DNA of 64,000 nucleotides from Myxococcales bacterium (GTDB lineage: Bacteria; Myxococcota_A; Polyangia; Palsa-1104). Both the position numbers and the translations under genes were made by a program. This document shows, piece by piece, positions 9,060 through 17,356 of the stretch (the first letter of the stretch is position 1; each line of letters opens with the position of its first letter). Where the stretch lies: the NCBI GenBank assembly GCA_028287105.1, contig JAQBQH010000073.1, positions 1,963 to 65,962 on the forward strand, read 5' to 3'. A model generated the notes under the pieces. It searched no databases. It worked only from the letters and a program-made list of their open reading frames with translations, and was not told the DNA's origin.

Positions 9060-9457
9060 CTCCGACGGTTGTGCCTCGCTCGAGAACAAGGGCGACCACA
9101 AGCCGGCCAAGCCCGAGGGCAAGAATGTCCAGAAGCCAAGCCGAGCCCAAGACGACTTCGGCGAGGTTTTCATGTTCAGCCGCAAGAGCGCGCAGCGCGG
9201 TCGTAGCCGCCCATCTCAGACGTTCGTGAATAACTCATCACTACGCGTAAGGTGGCTGCCGCCGCCCGAAGCGCGCGCTTCCTCTCCAACCAATCGACCT
9301 GTCATCCCGAAAGGGCGCGCCGTCGCGACTCCTGAAAAGTTCAATTTGAAGCGGTCAAAAGAGTTGCAAGCGTATGCCGACGCGATCATCAGTACGATCC
9401 TGGAGCTCGAGTGAACGGTGGCAGCGATTGAGCGAACGCGAGGATTGGGCTGCAAGC

Positions 9458-10114
9458 ATGGCTGGTATTCACCACCGGTGCCGCGGTGGGGCGACTGCGC
9501 GTGTGAAGAGCGTGCTGCGACTGGTCTCCATATGGCTCGCGCTGCTCGCGGCGGACGGTGTGGCGCTGGCCGACGCGTCGACTCCGCAAGGAAGGCCGCA
9601 GCCGATGTCAGTCGAGCTTCACGCGTTGCTGGGTCCGTTTCGCTCTCCCGAAGACTATTTCGGCTGCCAACGGTTCGATTGTTTCTCCGGATGGATCGTG
9701 ACGGTCCGTGCGAATAAGCCGTCGGCGGCAGGCAGACCATACGGCGGCCAATACGTTAGTGTGCAGGCGCCGGCCGGATGGTTCGTTGACGCCAAAGCGA
9801 TCGACACTCATCTTTGCGCGCAGGATGTCGACTTGCCGGCGCGAAAATCGGCGGCGCACCTGTGGACCGTGCAGTTCTACGAATGCGACGTCGATCCGCC
9901 AGATGGCACATTCCTGGGAAAGCTCGCAGGTGTCGTGCTCTGCGATTTGTCATCGACGAAACCGTACTGCAGCGACTTCGTGCCGCTCGGCGGCTGGGAT
10001 GCGCACTTTGCCGACGTCGGATATGCGAAGCGGGCGCCGACGAAACGCATCGGCGACGACATCGTCGTCGTCGGCCAGCGATTTCGACTCGGTCGCCGAC
10101 TGCCCGCGCCGTAG
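9458..10114 (+). CDS. Secreted hypothetical protein (218 aa) with 8 Cys.
   Basis: Internal ATG gives the signal peptide MAGIHHRCRGGATARVKSVLRLVSIWLALLAADGVALA. The upstream part of the longer ORF (9374) is probably not translated. Sits in the lower-GC region. Confidence 0.45.
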   Translation: MAGIHHRCRGGATARVKSVLRLVSIWLALLAADGVALADASTPQGRPQPMSVELHALLGPFRSPEDYFGCQRFDCFSGWIVTVRANKPSAAGRPYGGQYVSVQAPAGWFVDAKAIDTHLCAQDVDLPARKSAAHLWTVQFYECDVDPPDGTFLGKLAGVVLCDLSSTKPYCSDFVPLGGWDAHFADVGYAKRAPTKRIGDDIVVVGQRFRLGRRLPAP

Positions 10115-10646
10115 TCGGCTGCGAGTAGGGATCCTCGACCGCTGCGGCTTCATGGCACGTTCCAACCGTGAGTGAGTTCAGTCGTGGAACGTGATGCCGC
10201 AGCCGGGGCAGTTGATCGGATAAGTCCTGCGCTAGGGGTAGCGATTGCAACGGGGGCAACGCCGCGGGGAGCATGATCGCGATCAGCGGTAGCTGGTGGC
10301 GAAAGCGGACCGTGGTCTCGAGATGGTGTTCGGGACCTGAACCTGCCAACCGGACTACAAAGGAAATTTCGCGATCGGCTCGTCACAGACGCAATCAAGG
10401 ATCGAAGCTCGCTCGACGGAAGATCCCTCGCGGTGGCGCGGCCGTCTTCGAATGTGAGCCGCACGACGGCAACCTCGCGATCCGGCAGGTCTGTCGACGG
10501 TTCGCGAGATGTACGAGCAGGTGCGACGCGCGACAGATTGCCGCAGGCCTCGGGACCGGCGCGTTTCGTACGATCGGCAGAGTTGAACGCTGGTACAGTG
10601 GATCGCGTTTGCTGGTGGGCATCCCGAACAGCACCGGAGGACCTGA

Positions 10647-11156
10647 ATGCGCTGTGCGATCTTGCTGATGGGAGCATGGGGAACCGTAGTTGCGGCCGGC
10701 TGTGGCGGCGCAGAATCAAAGTGCGGTCCAGGAACGGTCCTCGAGGGCAACGAGTGCGTTGTTGTGCCGTCGTGCGGCCCAGGAACGGCCCTCGAGGGCG
10801 ACAAGTGCGTTGTTGTGCCGTCGTGCGGCCCAGGAACGGAACTCGTGAGCGGTGAGTGTGTTGTTTCACAAGATCCGCTGGTGGGCGTCTGGATGGCGTC
10901 GCGCAGCGACGACCCGAGCTCTCAAGCCCAGTGCACCTTCGCGCCCGACCACACATGGGCGTGTACCTTGCTGCAGAACGGGTGGCCGTCGACATGGTCT
11001 CAAATCCAACCCAATAGTTACTTTCTTAACTACTCAAACAATGAAGGGTGTAACGGCAGCACAACCTTCTCCGACGACAACAGCACCGTGTCGATACTCA
11101 TTTCTGGGAACAGTATCTTCTCAGGGATGACGCTCTCAATGAGCCGCGTGCACTAG
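10647..11156 (+). CDS. Cys-repeat lipoprotein.
   Basis: RBS GGAGGA. Lipobox VVAAGC. Three tandem CGPGT-x-LEG-x-x-CVVVPS repeats encoded by three ~57-bp DNA repeats. Confidence 0.55.
   Translation: MRCAILLMGAWGTVVAAGCGGAESKCGPGTVLEGNECVVVPSCGPGTALEGDKCVVVPSCGPGTELVSGECVVSQDPLVGVWMASRSDDPSSQAQCTFAPDHTWACTLLQNGWPSTWSQIQPNSYFLNYSNNEGCNGSTTFSDDNSTVSILISGNSIFSGMTLSMSRVH
10717..10870 (+). repeat. Three tandem ~57-bp coding repeats inside the lipoprotein gene.
   Basis: GTGCGGTCCAGGAACGGTCCTCGAGGGCAACGAGTGCGTTGTTGTGCCGTC and two near-identical units follow head-to-tail. Confidence 0.7.
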
Positions 11157-11232
11157 ACGCAGTCGCCGCGCGGGGGTCCGCCCGCATAAGCAGATGACGA
11201 GGGCGCTTCGAACCGCACGATGCGAGATGTCG

Positions 11233-11362
11233 TTTCGAGTACCGCCGGAAACCGACGCCTGACCAGCGGTTCCGCCGTTCAGGTACTCGAAATGATCAAT
11301 TCTCCGTCGACGGTGCTCTCATACGCGTAAGGTTCTCAGTTCGATTCTGAGAGGAGCCTCCA
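11233..11362 (+). repeat. Copy 3 of the tRNA-like-ended structured repeat; here it ends ...GAGGAGCC-T-CCA.
   Basis: TTTCGAGTACC (11233-11243) pairs with GGTACTCGAAA (11282-11292). T-arm CTCAG-TTCGATT-CTGAG. It overlaps the last ~22 codons and the stop of the minus-strand mobA-like gene. Confidence 0.8.
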
Positions 11363-11943
11363 GGACTTAGCTGCTCGTAGTCGTCGGGGGTGTCGATGTC
11401 GAAGGCACCTTCGGGGAAGGGCAGCAGCACGGTCATGTCCCGGTGGCGCTGGATGATCGCCTTGGCTCCCGAATGCGGTGCCATTGCGCGCAGCTCGGCG
11501 AAGAGCGCGCGCGGGAAGAGCGCGGGCACGCCAACCACGTCGTCGTCGTAGCGCGAGGCAACGAGGCTGCCCGGGTGCTGCCGATGCGCCTCGACCAGCG
11601 CAGCCACGTGCTCGCTCGTCAGGAGCGGCTGATCGCAGACGGCGAGCAGGACCGCGTCAGGAGGTGGCTGCGCCGGCAACGCGCGCATGCCGGCGCCAAT
11701 CGAGCTGCCCATTCCGTGGCGCCAGTCGACGTTCTCCACGAAGTCGACGCCGTCGGCGTTTGCGTGCGCGCGGATCAGCGCGGCGTGCGCGCCGAGGACG
11801 ACGAGCACGCGCCGCACCGGCGCTGCCGAGACGGCGACGATCGCCCGCCCGAGCAGCGTCTGGCCGCGAAACGGAAGCAGTTGCTTGGGACGGCCGAGCC
11901 GCGTCGACGCGCCGGCCGCGAGGATGATCGCGTCCGTAATCAA
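11299..11943 (-). CDS. Molybdenum cofactor nucleotidyltransferase (MobA / MocA-like, NTP_transf_3).
   Basis: LITDAIILAAGASTRLGRPKQLLPFRGQTLLGRAIVAV... matches the MobA/MocA N-terminal nucleotide-binding motif. Probable TTG start at ~11943, forming a TTGA overlap with the xdhC stop. The C-terminal ~22 aa (GGSSQNRTENLTRMRAPSTEN) and the stop are encoded by repeat copy 3. Confidence 0.7.
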
Positions 11944-13067
11944 GGCGCCGCCAGCGCCTGGGGGCGCGGCTGCGTTTCGCCCAACGACGCTCCCGTGCGC
12001 CGCGCCAGCACCGACTGGATCTCGGCCACGATCGAAAGCGCGATCTCGACCGGCCCCTCGGCCCCGAGATCGAGCCCGATCGGACCGTGCAGCCGCGAGA
12101 GCCGCGCCGGCGTGGGCCGCACGCCCGCACGTCCCATGTCGTCGAGCAGCCGGTCGGTCCGCTTGCGTGGACCGAGGATGCCGACGTACGAAGCTGCCGA
12201 CGCGAGCGCACGCTTCAAGACGGCGAGATCGCGATCGTAGTTGTGGCTCATGATGACCACCGCGGTGCGCGCGTCGAGCGGTACACGGTCGAGCTCCGCC
12301 GCGGGGACCACCAGGATCCGATCCGCCGGGCGAAAGCGCTCGCGTGCGGCGAGCGAAGCGCGGCCCTCCACGACGGTCACGTGCCACCCGAGCCGCTTGG
12401 CCAGCTCCACCAGCGGAAGCACGTCGTAGCCGCTGCCGAAGATGACGAGCGGCCGCGCCGGCAGCAGCACCTCGATGAACAGCTCGATCGTCCCCGCCCC
12501 GTAAATGCGATGGCTCGACTGCTCCGCCGCCAGCGCCGCGCGTGCGTCCGCCACCACCGACGCCGCCAGCTCGCGGTCGGTCAGCGTGCAGCCGACGATC
12601 CCGTTCGCGCGCAAGAGCAGGCGTTCGCCGATGCGCGCGCCCGCGTCCGGCGTCGTGCGGATGACGGTCGCCATCACGCCCGCTTCGCGAGCCGCCTGGC
12701 ATCGTCGGACGAACGCGAGCGGGTTGGCGTCGCTCGCCGTCAGCCGCTCGAGCAATACGTCGAGCGTGCCGTTGCAGCCGAGGCCGAAGCCCCAGCGGAC
12801 CTCTTCGTCGTCGTCGGTGGTCGAGTCGTACCGGATCATCGCCGGGTCGCCGCCGGCGGTGCGCCACCAGGCTTTGCGCAAGAGATCGCCTTCGAGGCAG
12901 CCGCCGCTGATGGCGCCGGCGAGCCAGCGATCCTCGGTCATGAGCATGCGCGCGCCCGGCCGCCGATAGGTCGATCCCGAGACCTTGACCAGCGTCGCGA
13001 GCACCGCCTCGCCACCGCTCTCCTCGACGGGCCCCCACGCGCGCACCAGCTGCTGCAGCTCGTTCAT
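11940..13067 (-). CDS. xdhC: XdhC / CoxI / PaoD-family molybdoenzyme maturation chaperone.
   Basis: 375 aa with the two-domain XdhC architecture (MNELQQLVRAWGPVEESGGEAVLATLVKVSGSTYRRPGARM... and the Rossmann-like C-terminal half LVIFGSGYDVLPLVELAKRLGWHVTVVEGR). Confidence 0.8.
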   Translation of the reverse strand: MNELQQLVRAWGPVEESGGEAVLATLVKVSGSTYRRPGARMLMTEDRWLAGAISGGCLEGDLLRKAWWRTAGGDPAMIRYDSTTDDDEEVRWGFGLGCNGTLDVLLERLTASDANPLAFVRRCQAAREAGVMATVIRTTPDAGARIGERLLLRANGIVGCTLTDRELAASVVADARAALAAEQSSHRIYGAGTIELFIEVLLPARPLVIFGSGYDVLPLVELAKRLGWHVTVVEGRASLAARERFRPADRILVVPAAELDRVPLDARTAVVIMSHNYDRDLAVLKRALASAASYVGILGPRKRTDRLLDDMGRAGVRPTPARLSRLHGPIGLDLGAEGPVEIALSIVAEIQSVLARRTGASLGETQPRPQALAAP

Positions 13068-13077
13068 GACGCCTCCT

Positions 13078-15246
13078 TCACAGGAGCTTGTCGAGCGTGA
13101 TGGGCAGATCGCGAATGCGGCGGCCGGTGGCGTGGTAGACGGCGTTGGCGACAGCCGCGGCCATGCCGGTAATCCCGATCTCGCCCACGCCCTTGACTCC
13201 GATCTCGTTGACGTAGGGATCGTCTTCGGGGACGAAGAGGACGTCGATCGCCGGGATGTCCAGATTCACCGGCACGAGATACTCCGAGAGATCGTTGTTC
13301 ATGATTCGACCGAGCTTCGGGTCGTAGACGGTGTTCTCGTGAAGCGCCATGCTGATCCCCCAGATCATGCCGCCCAGCAACTGGCTGCGCGCCGTCTTGG
13401 CGTTCAGGATGCGCCCGGCGGCGAACGCGCCGACCGCGCGGCTGACCCGTACCTCGCCCAGCTCCGGGTCGACGCGCACCTCGACGAACTGGGCGCCGAA
13501 GGCCCGCATGGCGTAGCGGTCGCGCGTCTCCAGCTGCTTGGCGTCGTAACGCGCCTCGATGCGCTTCATACCGTGACGAGCGAGCTGCGCCGCGAACGGC
13601 TCGTCGACGGACGGATCGGCTCCGCCGCCATTGCCAAGCCGCGCCAACTTCTCACGCGCGCCGAGGCACGCCTGATGAACCGCCGATCCCACGCTGGCCG
13701 CGGTGCACGAGCCGCCCGAGGTCGGCGTCTCCGGCATGTCGGTGTCGCCCAGCTCGAAGCGGACCTTCTCGACGGGGAGCCCGAGCGCGTCCGCCGCGAC
13801 CTGGGTCATGACGGTGTACGTGCCGGTGCCGATGTCCTGCGTGCCCGCGCGCACCAGCGCCGTCCCGTCGGCGAACAGCGTCGCGATGGCCGAGGCGGGC
13901 CGCACGTTGGCGGGATAGGTGGCGGTGGCCATGCCCCAGCCGACGAGGAGCTTGCCGTCGACCATCGAGCGCGGCTGCGGTTTCTTGCGCGACCACCCGA
14001 ACTTCTCCGCCGCCGTCTGGTAGCACTGGCGCAGCGACTTGGACGACCACGGTCGCCCCGTCTCCGGATCGGTCTCGGCGTAATTGCGCAGCCGCAGCTC
14101 CAGCGGATCGATGGCGAGCTTGACGGCGAGCTCGTCGAGCGCCGACTCGAGCGCGAAGGTGCCGGTCACTTCGCCGGGCGCGCGCATCTGGCACGGCGTG
14201 GCGATGTCGAGCGACACCACGCGCTCGGTCGTGTCGAGGTTGGGGCACTTGTAGAGCGCGCGCGTCGGCGCGGTGAAGTGCTCGCAGAACTGATCGAACT
14301 GCGATACCGACGAGCGGCCCTCGTGCCGGATGGCCGCGAGCACGCCGTCGCGACCGGCGCCGATGACGACGCGCTGCTCGATCTGCGGCCGCGCACCGAC
14401 GGGCCCGAACATCTGCGGGCGCGACAGCACCAGCTTGACCGGACGTCCGACCTTTTGCGCCGCCATGGCCGCGAGCGGGACGTGCGACCACACCGCGCCC
14501 TTGGTTCCGAAGCCGCCGCCGATGTAATGCGAGATTACGCGCACGTTCTCGCGCGGCAGACCGAGCGACGCGGCCAGCTTGCGCTGATCCTCGAAGACGC
14601 CCTGGGTCGAGTCGTAGACGGTCAGGTGCGTGGGACCGTGCCACACCGCGATGGTGGCGTGCGGCTCCATCGGATTGTGGGTCTCGGCGGGGATCGTGTA
14701 GACCTCCTCGACGCGCACCGCTGCCGCCGCCAGCGCGGCCGCGACGTCGCCGCGCCGCGACTCGACGGGCAGCGTTTGCGCGACGGTCCCATGGTACGGC
14801 GGATGCGGCGCCCGTGCGGCTGTGCGCGTTCGCAGGAGGTCGACGTCGACGGGCGCGGCTTCGTAACGGACCGCGACCAGGTGGGCCGCGTGCTGGGCTC
14901 GTTCGAACGTGTCGGCGACCACGATGGCGATCGGCTGCCGGTTGTACAGAACGTGGTCGTCCTGCAACAGCTGCAGCACGTGATCGCCCTGCGAGGCCCG
15001 GGTCTCGCGCGTCGGCTGCGGCGGCAAGTGCATCGCGTTCTTGTGCGTGATCACGGCGAGCACGCCGGGCGCACGCTCGGCCTTGCCGGTGTCCATGCCG
15101 GTGATGCGCCCGCGCGCGATGGTGCTGAGGACCAGCACGGCGTGGGCGACGCGGGCCACGGGGACCTCCGCCGCGTAGCGCGCGCCGCCGGTGACCTTGA
15201 GCGGTCCGTCGACGCGGTCGACGGGAGGCCCGATCTTTTTCATCAC
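13078..15246 (-). CDS. Molybdopterin-binding large subunit of an aldehyde oxidoreductase / xanthine dehydrogenase-family enzyme (PaoC / CoxL-like).
   Basis: 722 aa. Ald_Xan_dh_C and molybdopterin-binding domain signatures (GGGFGTK, AVGEIGI-type C-terminal motif). Start is GTGATG. The ATG at 15241-15243 overlaps the upstream stop as ATGA. Confidence 0.85.
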   Translation of the reverse strand: MMKKIGPPVDRVDGPLKVTGGARYAAEVPVARVAHAVLVLSTIARGRITGMDTGKAERAPGVLAVITHKNAMHLPPQPTRETRASQGDHVLQLLQDDHVLYNRQPIAIVVADTFERAQHAAHLVAVRYEAAPVDVDLLRTRTAARAPHPPYHGTVAQTLPVESRRGDVAAALAAAAVRVEEVYTIPAETHNPMEPHATIAVWHGPTHLTVYDSTQGVFEDQRKLAASLGLPRENVRVISHYIGGGFGTKGAVWSHVPLAAMAAQKVGRPVKLVLSRPQMFGPVGARPQIEQRVVIGAGRDGVLAAIRHEGRSSVSQFDQFCEHFTAPTRALYKCPNLDTTERVVSLDIATPCQMRAPGEVTGTFALESALDELAVKLAIDPLELRLRNYAETDPETGRPWSSKSLRQCYQTAAEKFGWSRKKPQPRSMVDGKLLVGWGMATATYPANVRPASAIATLFADGTALVRAGTQDIGTGTYTVMTQVAADALGLPVEKVRFELGDTDMPETPTSGGSCTAASVGSAVHQACLGAREKLARLGNGGGADPSVDEPFAAQLARHGMKRIEARYDAKQLETRDRYAMRAFGAQFVEVRVDPELGEVRVSRAVGAFAAGRILNAKTARSQLLGGMIWGISMALHENTVYDPKLGRIMNNDLSEYLVPVNLDIPAIDVLFVPEDDPYVNEIGVKGVGEIGITGMAAAVANAVYHATGRRIRDLPITLDKLL

Positions 15247-16226
15247 GAGGCACCTCGGATCGTCGACAGCGCCCGCACCACCGCGCGTCGGGTCAGCTCC
15301 ACCTTGAACGCGTTGTGCGGCCGCGTCCGCGCCCCGCGAACCGTCTCTGCGGCGGCGAGCGTGAACGTCGCGCGGTTGGCGGGCTTACCGACGAGCGCCT
15401 GTTCGGCTTCGACGGCACGCCAGGGCTTGGTGCCGACGCCGCCCAGCGCGATGCGCGCGCCGCGGATGAGGTTGCCCTCGATGCGCAGCGCCGCGGCGAC
15501 TGCGCTGAGCGCGAAGGCGTAGGACGCCCGGTCGCGGATCTTGAGGTAGCGCGATTGTCGGAGGCCCGTCGGCGGGGGCAACGAGACGGCCGTGATCAGC
15601 TCGCCGTGCTGAAGGACGCTCTCGATCTCGGGGTGATCCCCCGGCAGACGATGGAATTCAGCGAACGGGATGTGCCGCTCGCCCCCCGGACCCTGCGTGT
15701 GCACGACGGCGTCGAGCGCCGCCAGGGCGACGCACATATCGGAGGCGTGCGTCGCGATGCAGTGATCGCTGGTGCCGAGGATCGCGTGGTTGCGGTTGTA
15801 GCCGTCGATGGCGGCGCAGCCGGAGCCGGGGTTGCGCTTGTTGCACGCCGTCGAGGGATCTCGATAGTAGTAGCAGCGCGTTCGCTGCAAGAGGTTGCCG
15901 CCGACGGTGGCCATGTTGCGGATCTGCGGGCTGGCGCCCGAGAGCAGCGCCTCCGACAAGAGCGGATAGCGCGCGGCGATCTCGGGGTGAAGAGCGAGAT
16001 CGCTGTTGCGCACCATCGATCCGATGCGCGCGCCGTCGTTGGATACCTCGATCTTCGTCAGTGGGATCGCGTTGACGTCGACGAGCTGCGCGAAGTTGAG
16101 CACCTCGAGCTTCATGAGATCGAGGAGCGAGGTGCCGCCGGCCAGGTAGGTGGCGTCGGTGTCGGCCTGCAGCGCGCGGATGGCCGGCCCCTCGGCAGCG
16201 ACTGAAAGATAACGGATCTCGCGCAT
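15243..16226 (-). CDS. FAD-binding medium subunit (PaoB / CoxM-like, FAD_binding_5 + CO_deh_flav_C).
   Basis: Real start is MREIRYLSVAAEG... (ATG ~16224-16226). The longer 682-aa ORF is an upstream read-through. Motif AGGTSLLDLMKL. Confidence 0.8.
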   Translation of the reverse strand: MREIRYLSVAAEGPAIRALQADTDATYLAGGTSLLDLMKLEVLNFAQLVDVNAIPLTKIEVSNDGARIGSMVRNSDLALHPEIAARYPLLSEALLSGASPQIRNMATVGGNLLQRTRCYYYRDPSTACNKRNPGSGCAAIDGYNRNHAILGTSDHCIATHASDMCVALAALDAVVHTQGPGGERHIPFAEFHRLPGDHPEIESVLQHGELITAVSLPPPTGLRQSRYLKIRDRASYAFALSAVAAALRIEGNLIRGARIALGGVGTKPWRAVEAEQALVGKPANRATFTLAAAETVRGARTRPHNAFKVELTRRAVVRALSTIRGAS

Positions 16227-16228
16227 GG

Positions 16229-17257
16229 CTACCCCTTCCCCATGACCGACGTGATGGCGGCGACGATGTTCGGATAGGCAGCGCAGCGGCAGAGGTTCCC
16301 GCTCATCTGTTCGCGAACATCGGATTCGGAGCGGACGCGGCCTTCCTCGAGCATCGCCACCGCCGACATGATCTGCCCCGGCGTGCAGTAGCCGCACTGG
16401 AAGGCGTCGTGCGCGACAAAGGCCGCCTGCATCCGATGCAGGCCGTTGCCATTGGCGAGGCCTTCGATGGTCGTGATCGGCTGCGTCTGGTGCATGATCG
16501 CCAGCGTCAAGCACGAGTCGATGCGGCGACCGCCCACCAGCACGGTGCAGGCGCCGCACTGGCCGTGATCGCAGCCCTTCTTCGTTCCGGTGAGGCCGAG
16601 CTGCTCGCGCAGCGCATCGAGCAGGGTCACGCGCGGCTCGACGTCGAGCTTGTGGGTGACCCCGTTGACCTGCAACGTGATGCTCGTCGTGGCGCCGGTG
16701 GGCGCCGGCGGCGCGGGCGAGCGCGCCCACCCGAGCCGTTCCAAGAACACGACCGAGAGCACGCCCGCCAGCGAGGTCACGATCATCTCGCGACGGTTGA
16801 AGAGCGGCTGCGCGGCGCTCGACGCCTCCTGGCGCAGCGTCGCGGCCCGGCGCAGCGCGGCGAGCAGCTCTTCGGTGTCGTCGGTGCCGGCGGAGGTGGC
16901 GATCTGTTGCCAGACGACGGCTTCGTCGCCGTCGACGACGAACAGGCCGAGCGGGTGAGCGCCGTCTGCGCCAGGTTTTACGCCGAAGTGCGCGAAGAGC
17001 GCGTCCGTCCCGCCGTCGCCCACCAGCTCGAGCGTCTCGACGTCGTCGTCGGGCGCCAACAGGGCGATCGTCTCGCGCGTGATGACGATCAGCGCCGCGC
17101 CGAGGCTGCGCAGCTCGCCGCGAAACTGGTCGCGCCGCGCTTCGAGATCGAGCCGGGATGCGAAGGCGATGAGGGTCGGGCGCCCGCGTACGTCGTGCAG
17201 CGAGACGAGACGGCCACGAGCATCGCGGAGCGGGAACGAGCGCACGCTTGAGTCCAC
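16229..17257 (-). CDS. [2Fe-2S] small subunit (PaoA / CoxS-like) carrying an in-frame ~150-aa N-terminal thioredoxin-fold (AhpC/TSA-like, Cys-less) extension and an internal Tat-signal-like segment.
   Basis: C-terminal 160 aa has both 2Fe-2S motifs (GCDHGQCGACTV; CGYCTPGQIMSA). Residues 153-185 (FNRREMIVTSLAGVLSVVFLERLGWARSPAPPAP) parallel the E. coli PaoA (YagT) Tat signal. The upstream 150 aa have strong GC3 and no stop. No alternative start codon lies between residues 140 and 157. Confidence 0.7.
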   Translation of the reverse strand: MDSSVRSFPLRDARGRLVSLHDVRGRPTLIAFASRLDLEARRDQFRGELRSLGAALIVITRETIALLAPDDDVETLELVGDGGTDALFAHFGVKPGADGAHPLGLFVVDGDEAVVWQQIATSAGTDDTEELLAALRRAATLRQEASSAAQPLFNRREMIVTSLAGVLSVVFLERLGWARSPAPPAPTGATTSITLQVNGVTHKLDVEPRVTLLDALREQLGLTGTKKGCDHGQCGACTVLVGGRRIDSCLTLAIMHQTQPITTIEGLANGNGLHRMQAAFVAHDAFQCGYCTPGQIMSAVAMLEEGRVRSESDVREQMSGNLCRCAAYPNIVAAITSVMGKG

Positions 17258-17356
17258 ACCAGCCAGTTATGCGCCGCCACGGTGCGCGCAATCAGGCGCC
17301 GCGAGTACCGCCTCCCGGAATGCGGGTTGCACGAGCTCAATCGAAGGAGGTCCGTG

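Noticed and set aside
8941-9414. 157-aa plus-strand ORF overlapping the end of the HEAT-like gene.
   Set aside because: It overlaps a better-supported gene, is Arg-rich in its first half and has no RBS. A short C-terminal portion (from ~9172) might be real but is unsupported.
938-11362. Interpreting the repeat-bounded 10.4-kb region as one integrated genomic island.
   Set aside because: No integrase, recombinase or excisionase gene is present anywhere in the window. The first segment (1.1-7.0 kb) has native-like GC and housekeeping-style envelope genes. Only 7.5-11.2 kb looks compositionally foreign.
16229-16786. Simply trimming the FeS-subunit gene to Met158 (MIVTSLAG...) as an ordinary start.
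   Set aside because: The upstream 150 codons show strong third-position GC bias and a thioredoxin-fold-like pattern, so I kept the long ORF and flagged the anomaly. The short form remains a live alternative.
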